A stretch of 64,000 bases of DNA. Source: an uncultured Fluviicola sp. Lineage in GTDB: Bacteria; Bacteroidota; Bacteroidia; Flavobacteriales_D; Crocinitomicaceae. A program made the position numbers and the translations under genes. Location: assembly GCA_913009205.1 (NCBI GenBank), contig CAJVYC010000011.1, positions 2,442-66,441 on the forward strand. Reading direction: 5' to 3'. Numbering within the stretch: position 1 is the first letter of the stretch; each line of letters opens with the position of its first letter. This document shows, piece after piece, positions 58,915 to 64,000 of this stretch. The notes beneath the pieces are model-generated. The model had not been told where the DNA came from. It ran no database searches and saw nothing but the letters and a program-made list of their open reading frames with translations.

Positions 58915-59587
58915 CACAATAGCTTTTACGGTGGGATTATTCGTTTTCACTTCTTGCTCTGAGGCTGAAGATGTTCAACTGATCGAAGGAAACGAAAGAG
59001 TATTGCCTATTGCTGGAGAACGCGATGTTGAATATAGAATGGTTGATGGAGTGGAAGTCGTCGACACAATCTATCACCATGTTCCTTCTTTTGAATATTT
59101 GAACCAAGATTCCACAATGGTTTCGTCTGAGGATTTCAAAGGTAAAATTTGGGTCGCCGACTTCTTCTTTACGCATTGCCCTACAATTTGTCCTCCGATG
59201 ACATCGCAGATGCACCGTCTTACGAAACTAACTTCCGACTTAAGTGATCACGTTCAATTCTTAAGTTTTTCAATTGATCCTAAAAAGGATACACCTTCTC
59301 GACTTAGAGAATATATTGAGTCTTACAGTATTGAAGCAACAAACTGGACGTTCATGACAGGCGGTGAAGATGCAACGCATTTGTTGGCAAAGGAATTCTT
59401 TAATGGAGCAGAGCGAAATGATGAGATTGAAGGTGGTTTTGGTCACACGCCTTACTTCGCTCTCGTTGATACAGAAGGCCTTGTTAGAGGTGTTTATATA
59501 GGCACTGACTTGGATGATGTTGATCGTTTGGCTAAGGACCTTAGAAAATTATTAAAATATGAGTATGAAATCATTGGAACCAAGTAA
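58877..59587 (+). CDS. SCO family copper chaperone (SenC/PrrC)
   Basis: Lipoprotein-like signal (FVFTSC), the CxxxC motif FFFTHCPTICPPM, and the conserved His in GFGHTPYFALVD. The start is uncertain: ATG at 58856 or 58877, or the GTG at 58889, all overlapping the upstream gene. Confidence 0.88.
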   Translation: MIFKQVVKILKNSTIAFTVGLFVFTSCSEAEDVQLIEGNERVLPIAGERDVEYRMVDGVEVVDTIYHHVPSFEYLNQDSTMVSSEDFKGKIWVADFFFTHCPTICPPMTSQMHRLTKLTSDLSDHVQFLSFSIDPKKDTPSRLREYIESYSIEATNWTFMTGGEDATHLLAKEFFNGAERNDEIEGGFGHTPYFALVDTEGLVRGVYIGTDLDDVDRLAKDLRKLLKYEYEIIGTK

Positions 59588-60092
59588 ATTGAGAAAGGCG
59601 AGAATCGCCATTTATGTCGCTTCTTTTGCGATCCCTGTAGTCGTTGCAGTTTTGTTTGGCGTCAAAATAGATGGAGTTGACCTAAGCTTTCTTCCTACCG
59701 TATATGCGTCAATCAATGGAGTGACAGCTGTAATTTTAGTGGCTGCTTTGATAGCCATTAAAAAGAAGAACATGAGCTTGCATAGAGGTTTAATGCGTTT
59801 CAGCCTGCTACTTTCGTTATTGTTTCTGGCTTGTTATGTTGCCTACCACATGACTTCTGATTCAACTTCGTATGGAGGTGATTACAATACAATTTATCTT
59901 ATCATTCTAATCAGTCATATAATCTTGAGTGTTGTTGTGATTCCGCTTGTATTATTCACCTACCTATTTGCTTGGGAAGGAAACTTCGTAAAACATAAAA
60001 AGTGGACAAGATTCACTTGGCCAATCTGGTTTTATGTTGCAGTTAGTGGAGTAGTTGTATATGCAATGATTTCACCTTTCTACGGAAACTAA
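59559..60092 (+). CDS. DUF420 family membrane protein (cytochrome oxidase-associated)
   Basis: Four TM helices with conserved His residues (HRGLMRF, YHMTSD, ISHIILS, HKKWTR). It lies at the end of the oxidase biogenesis cluster. Confidence 0.78.
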   Translation: MSMKSLEPSKLRKARIAIYVASFAIPVVVAVLFGVKIDGVDLSFLPTVYASINGVTAVILVAALIAIKKKNMSLHRGLMRFSLLLSLLFLACYVAYHMTSDSTSYGGDYNTIYLIILISHIILSVVVIPLVLFTYLFAWEGNFVKHKKWTRFTWPIWFYVAVSGVVVYAMISPFYGN

Positions 60093-61102
60093 TCAAATTT
60101 CTGAAAATCAAAATTGATTATTGATATTACGGGTTTTGGCCCGGGTTTGCCTTGATTTCCTTGTAGACCATTTCTCCCGTGTTCGCCTAACAATCCTTTT
60201 CTTTGTCCTTTAATTGCTTTGCCAGGATTCCCTGCTAAGCCTCCACGACCATTAATGCCAGGTTGTCCACCAAATTGGAGAACGTTTATTTTTGGAGTAT
60301 AAGATTCAGCATTTTGATGTACAAAAATTAGAATGGAGCCACCACTTCCACCAGATCCAGCCTTACCACCGTTTGCTCCATTTCCTGCATTCCCTGGAAG
60401 CTTAGTTCCTTTCCCATTTTTCCCATCTCCACCTTCGCCACCGGTCCCTCCGTTTCCACCATCACCTCCAGATAAATCAATAAGAAGAGTGTCGCAATTC
60501 AAGCTCTTGTATTTCCAAACCACGCCAGTACTATCATTTTCCATTCGGAATCGCAGCTCATCTTCTGTCAACCATAAATAACCAGTATAATTACCACCAT
60601 CTTGTCCATTTCCACCATCAATGCCTGGTTTGCCATCTACGCCATTTGGGTTAAATAAGGTAACTCCACTTTTTCTTTGTGGTTCTGCATTTATCCCGGT
60701 TAAGCTTTCCGACTGTATCGAAAGACCACCATTATAATTGAGTTGAAGCTGATCATCAGATTTAGCGGTATTCGATTCATCGGATAGAGAAAGAGTCACA
60801 GGATAATTTGTAGCTTTAAATGAATTAGGACGAGCATTTATTGAGAACGCCATCTCATCATTTGGAGTAATGAATTCAGATTCAATTTTGAGATTTGGGT
60901 GCCGAGTAATATTTTCGTCGTTGCCTTTTTTCATTACTGCTAGAACTTTAAAGCTGAAGGAACTGCCATGATTGATTTTCTCATTAGAAGGCTCTTGCAC
61001 TCTTAAATAGTCAACGTTTGCTAATTCAACTTTCGCATAGTCAGCACACCCCAATAAAAGAAGGGCTGTTATTACCGTGAGAAAAGAATATTTAAAGAGC
61101 AT
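60089..61102 (-). CDS. Glycine-rich lipoprotein with short collagen-like GXY tracts
   Basis: Lipobox LLLLGC after the ATG at 61102 (the ORF track starts at the TTG at 61144). It has three Gly-rich blocks: GVDGKPGIDGGNGQDGGN, GGDGGNGGTGGEGGDGKNGKG...GSGGSGGS, and GQPGINGRGGLAGNPGKA..GLLGEHGRNGLQGNQGKPGPKP. Confidence 0.75.
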   Translation of the reverse strand: MLFKYSFLTVITALLLLGCADYAKVELANVDYLRVQEPSNEKINHGSSFSFKVLAVMKKGNDENITRHPNLKIESEFITPNDEMAFSINARPNSFKATNYPVTLSLSDESNTAKSDDQLQLNYNGGLSIQSESLTGINAEPQRKSGVTLFNPNGVDGKPGIDGGNGQDGGNYTGYLWLTEDELRFRMENDSTGVVWKYKSLNCDTLLIDLSGGDGGNGGTGGEGGDGKNGKGTKLPGNAGNGANGGKAGSGGSGGSILIFVHQNAESYTPKINVLQFGGQPGINGRGGLAGNPGKAIKGQRKGLLGEHGRNGLQGNQGKPGPKPVISIINFDFQKFD

Positions 61103-61374
61103 TAATTGTCTATTATATAGTGGAAAGATAAAAAACAAACTCAACTCTTTAAGCCAATATTATGATAAAAACAGTTGTTGCAAGCCCGAAGCAACCTATT
61201 TATTTTTTCAGTACATGACTTTAGAATAAATGGCTTACAGTGAAGAGAACATTGAATTTTTGGATATTTCATATCGAGTTACACGCCACCATTTAATTAT
61301 GTGTGTGATCAAGAAGAAAAAGCGTTAGCTTTTGATTGGGAACGGGAAGTGACCATTGTTAGATTTTATAGCGC

Positions 61375-62499
61375 TTACTTTAACTGTTTTTCCAGTACTT
61401 CCCAAACTTGCTCAGCAGACTTATCCCAAGAAAACAGTTTCGCACGCTTTAATCCTTTTACAGATAACTCCGAACGCAATTTTTCGTCATGCGCGATGGT
61501 GGTTAACTTCTCGCAAATGTCGTCAATGCTAAAAGGATCGCAATACAAGGCAGCATCTCCGGCCACCTCAGGTAAAGAGGTTTTGTCGCCCGAAAGAATC
61601 GGCGTTCCAGATTTCATTGCTTCTATAAGAGGAATTCCAAATCCTTCAAAATAAGGGACGTATGTAAATATTGTAGCACTAGCAACAACGCGCGCCAATT
61701 TATCCAACGGTAAATGTCCAGTAAAATGAATTTGCGCTTTGACTGAAGGGTCAATTTCAAGATTTGCTCCTGAATTGCTCCAGAGCTCCGTTCCAACGAT
61801 CACCAATTGATAATCGGAATCAGGATTATTCAATTTATATTTTTCAAAAGCCGGAATTAAGCGCTGCAAATTTTTACGGGGATGAATCGCTCCTACAAAA
61901 AGAAAATAAGGTTTTCCATCTGAATACTTTACTTGAATTTCGCTTCGAATAGTTGAGTCCACGGGTTTGAACACTTCAGAAGCTCCGTTCCAAATGGCAG
62001 TTACCTTTTTGTCTGAAATAGAATATTTTGAACATATATCTTGTTTTGAATACTCTGAAACAGTGATTACATGATCAGCCAGTTTTGCAAATTTGGGAAA
62101 GTTCTTCAAATAATATTTTCGCATCACTGGTTTCATATCCTCAGGGTAATGCTCAAAATTTAAATCGTGAATAACGCCGATTTGTTTAATGTCAGAAGTC
62201 AAAGAAAGATAACCGTCTGGAGAAAAGAAGAGATCCGCCTTGTATTTTTTAAGAGCGCGTTTAATGGAAAAGTCAAACCAAATCTTAAACAATATTGGAT
62301 GCCGCGCTTGCGGTGAAATCACAACTGGAGTCGCGTTCTTTCCAAGAACGAATTTGGGATCGTATCTTCTATCAAAGAATAAAATAAACTCATGTTCTGG
62401 ATGGTTTTCAACCAAACGTTTTACGATTTCAAAAGTGTACCAGCCAAAGCCTTCCATCTTATGAGAAAGTAAAAAACGTGTATTGATTGCAATGCGCAT
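61375..62499 (-). CDS. Glycosyltransferase family 4 (GT-B, GT1 Pfam family)
   Basis: C-terminal E-x7-E region YFEGFGIPLIEAMKSGTPILSGD, 374 aa. Confidence 0.9.
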   Translation of the reverse strand: MRIAINTRFLLSHKMEGFGWYTFEIVKRLVENHPEHEFILFFDRRYDPKFVLGKNATPVVISPQARHPILFKIWFDFSIKRALKKYKADLFFSPDGYLSLTSDIKQIGVIHDLNFEHYPEDMKPVMRKYYLKNFPKFAKLADHVITVSEYSKQDICSKYSISDKKVTAIWNGASEVFKPVDSTIRSEIQVKYSDGKPYFLFVGAIHPRKNLQRLIPAFEKYKLNNPDSDYQLVIVGTELWSNSGANLEIDPSVKAQIHFTGHLPLDKLARVVASATIFTYVPYFEGFGIPLIEAMKSGTPILSGDKTSLPEVAGDAALYCDPFSIDDICEKLTTIAHDEKLRSELSVKGLKRAKLFSWDKSAEQVWEVLEKQLK

Positions 62500-62504
62500 T
62501 CTAT

Positions 62505-63149
62505 CTAGTATTGAAGTATAGGGTTCGAACGCTTTTCGTTACCGATTGTTGTCTCGGGTCCATGTCCGCTGTATACTAAAGTATCTTCTGGTAAGCTGAA
62601 CATTGTATTGAGAATCGAATCTTTTAAGGTATTCAAATCGCCTCCAGGCAAATCAAACCGACCAAAACTTCCTTTCATGACAACATCACCATTGATAACG
62701 AATGAATTCTCACGGTTGTAAAAAACAACATGTCCGACACAATGGCCGGGAGTAAAGAGTACTTCAAATGTCATTTCTCCAAAGGTCAAGGTTTCATCTC
62801 CTTTTAATAGAACATTAGGAATAGGCGGTTGTGTAAATCCAGGAATTCCATACATCTGCGCAGACCGCTCTGCCATTTCAAATGTTGGAATGTCTGTTTC
62901 ATTCATATAGCAATCAATACCATAATGTTTATGAACGAAATTACAACCGAAAACATGATCAATATGTCCATGCGTCAACAAAATCGCTTTTGGCGTAAAA
63001 TTAGCATCAGAAATTACAGAAACAAGTTCTTGTTCTTCTTGTCTATTAGAACAACCAGGATCAATAATGACACACGCAGTGCCGTCATGCACTATATATG
63101 TGTTTTCTTGAAAAGGACCGAATGTAAATTTGACAACAGAAATGCCCAT
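62505..63149 (-). CDS. MBL-fold metallo-hydrolase (glyoxalase II-like)
   Basis: LLTHGHIDHV metal-binding motif with downstream His/Asp ligands (TPGHCVGH, SGH). Confidence 0.9.
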   Translation of the reverse strand: MGISVVKFTFGPFQENTYIVHDGTACVIIDPGCSNRQEEQELVSVISDANFTPKAILLTHGHIDHVFGCNFVHKHYGIDCYMNETDIPTFEMAERSAQMYGIPGFTQPPIPNVLLKGDETLTFGEMTFEVLFTPGHCVGHVVFYNRENSFVINGDVVMKGSFGRFDLPGGDLNTLKDSILNTMFSLPEDTLVYSGHGPETTIGNEKRSNPILQY

Positions 63150-63228
63150 GCTTAGTTTTTTTTGTGTAAAAATAGGATGATTTTGTAAATCAACCCACTA
63201 AGGCATCGTTTTTGATTTGAAGCTTTAT

Positions 63229-63236
63229 TATATTTG
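63229..63236 (+). promoter_or_regulatory. Candidate -7 promoter box (TATATTTG) with upstream TTTG
   Basis: Exact TAnnTTTG match 16 nt upstream of the ATG at 63252, with TTTG elements at ~63211-63219. It overlaps the TTG at 63234 used by the ORF track, which favours the ATG start. Confidence 0.5.
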
Positions 63237-63251
63237 ACAAAAATTACAATT

Positions 63252-63791
63252 ATGAAATACCTATTAGTCTTATTTATTGGCGTGTTATTAGCTAGCTGTG
63301 GTACACAAATAGCATACACCAACTCGGTGAAAGAAGAGTTCGGTTTAGAATCTGAAGCTAAAGTGAAAAAAGTTCAATTTATGGTTTCAACTACTGTAAA
63401 GCTTATTAGAAGTAGCTCTTCAGCAAATCAAGGGACGGATGATTCAGGAGTTTTAGTGAGTAATTCAAACAGTCAAGAAGAAATAGTGACTATTCCAATC
63501 GGAACATATGGTGTTTTTGAAGAATTCGGAGAAAATGGCGAAATTGTTGTTCGATTTGAAATCGGTCCACAGAAGGTATTGCATTTCGTAACAAGAGCAG
63601 GACAGCCAAACGGAAAATTCTATATTCAAGCAGACTGGAGAGCAGACACTAAAAAAGGAGGGAAAATTGAATACGGAAATCAAACATATTATGTTGCCAA
63701 AGAAGGTGGTTCAGCTTACCTTATGGTTTTGAAGAAAAAATTACACAAAACGAAAAAGAAAGATCGTATTGTTAAAGGGTTGAAAGTATAG
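63252..63791 (+). CDS. Hypothetical lipoprotein (179 aa)
   Basis: Lipobox LLASC and a basic C-terminal tail. No known domain recognised. Confidence 0.65.
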   Translation: MKYLLVLFIGVLLASCGTQIAYTNSVKEEFGLESEAKVKKVQFMVSTTVKLIRSSSSANQGTDDSGVLVSNSNSQEEIVTIPIGTYGVFEEFGENGEIVVRFEIGPQKVLHFVTRAGQPNGKFYIQADWRADTKKGGKIEYGNQTYYVAKEGGSAYLMVLKKKLHKTKKKDRIVKGLKV

Positions 63792-63810
63792 TATTTACTT
63801 TCTCATTATT

Positions 63811-63845
63811 AAAAAGCGTTTCGGTTCAACCGAGACGCTTTTTTA
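63811..63845 (+). terminator. Rho-independent terminator
   Basis: Stem agcgtttcgg/ccgagacgct with one G-U pair and a ttcaa loop, preceded by A5 and followed by T6. Confidence 0.8.
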
Positions 63846-64000
63846 TTTGCCAATAGTTATGTTCGTTATTTCCTTAACGTCCTCGACTTCTTTCTTTTCA
63901 TCTTTCTTTCCACTTTGGCTAAAATAGTAGATAAGAATACCCGCTAATAGGAGGATGTAAAAAAAAATCTTAAGCATGTAAAGGCGCGAAACGCGTTTGA

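Noticed and set aside
60333-60581. 82-aa Pro-rich plus-strand ORF (MEPPLPPDPALPP...)
   Set aside because: It is the antisense shadow of the Gly-rich (GGN/GGA codon) minus-strand gene. Pro codons are the complement of Gly codons, and the ORF has no independent start context.
60134-60643. RTX-type calcium-binding repeats as an explanation for the Gly/Asp-rich blocks
   Set aside because: RTX nonapeptides (GGxGxDxUx) need regularly spaced hydrophobic positions. These blocks lack them and instead follow GXY or poly-GGx periodicity.
61176-61195. Hairpin gttgc-aagcccgaa-gcaac followed by a T-rich run, in the gap between the Gly-rich gene start and the GT4 gene end
   Set aside because: The stem is only 5 bp with a 9-nt loop. 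The T-run is on the plus strand, where no gene ends. On the minus strand the U-tract is separated from the stem. This is too weak to call a terminator.
63843-63977. Small minus-strand membrane ORF (..FFYILLLAGILIYYFSQSGKKDEKKEVEDVKEITNITIGK) that becomes a 44-aa ATG-initiated ORF if the A8/T8 homopolymer at 63959-63966 were one base longer
   Set aside because: As read, the ATG frame stops after 10 codons and the long frame has no start codon. The ORF is very short, lies at the window edge and has no family signature. It might be a homopolymer sequencing error or phase-variable, but the evidence is too thin.
1-64000. Scan for mobile elements, CRISPR arrays, integrases, restriction-modification systems, toxin-antitoxin pairs or other defence-island hallmarks
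   Set aside because: None were seen. There are no transposase or integrase-like ORFs, no direct-repeat arrays and no tRNA-adjacent islands. Gene content is overwhelmingly conserved housekeeping.

Overview
This is an AT-rich chromosomal core region of a Bacteroidota (Flavobacteriia-like) bacterium. The phylum call rests on two proteins with T9SS-type C-terminal sorting domains, repeated TAnnTTTG (-7 type) promoter boxes just upstream of operon starts, absence of Shine-Dalgarno sequences, and an alternative complex III (ACIII) next to an aa3-type oxidase. About 60 genes are densely packed. At the window start (1-3.1 kb, minus strand) is an operon of uncharacterised envelope proteins. From 3.2 to 11.7 kb lie RidA, a SAM methyltransferase, a 2-hydroxyacid dehydrogenase, MgtE, an O-antigen-ligase-like protein, an S41 peptidase, RnpA and a SPOR protein. 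From 11.9 to 24.3 kb, actABCDEF is followed directly by cytochrome c oxidase subunits II and I. Then come ruvB, queG, a decayed gene remnant, rseP, cvpA, prs, rplY, a T9SS-secreted amidase, ygiQ, pepA and pdxA. Next is the yceD-rpmF-plsX-fabH-accB-accC lipid operon, followed by a 912-aa T9SS multidomain surface protein, a TetR-SDR pair, and ftsX-DUF3098-uppP-truB-queA. A second respiratory locus spans 54.8-60.1 kb: heme O synthase, two CoxIII-family proteins, CoxIV, two SCO-like proteins and DUF420. The window ends with a glycine-rich collagen-like lipoprotein, a GT4 glycosyltransferase, an MBL hydrolase and a lipoprotein. I saw no rRNA or tRNA genes, CRISPR arrays, transposases or integrases, or recognisable defence genes. 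I could not find a convincing novel multi-gene system, and the region looks mostly like ordinary housekeeping DNA. The most unusual items are lineage-specific elaborations of the respiratory chain: a hexahaem ActA fusion, a helix-hairpin-helix tail on ActC, large soluble inserts in both CoxIII paralogs, and a His-less SCO paralog. Also notable are the Gly-rich GXY lipoprotein, a frameshifted DUF1800-like remnant, and a few candidate operators and hairpin motifs. All family assignments come from motif recognition by eye and need HMM or BLAST confirmation.
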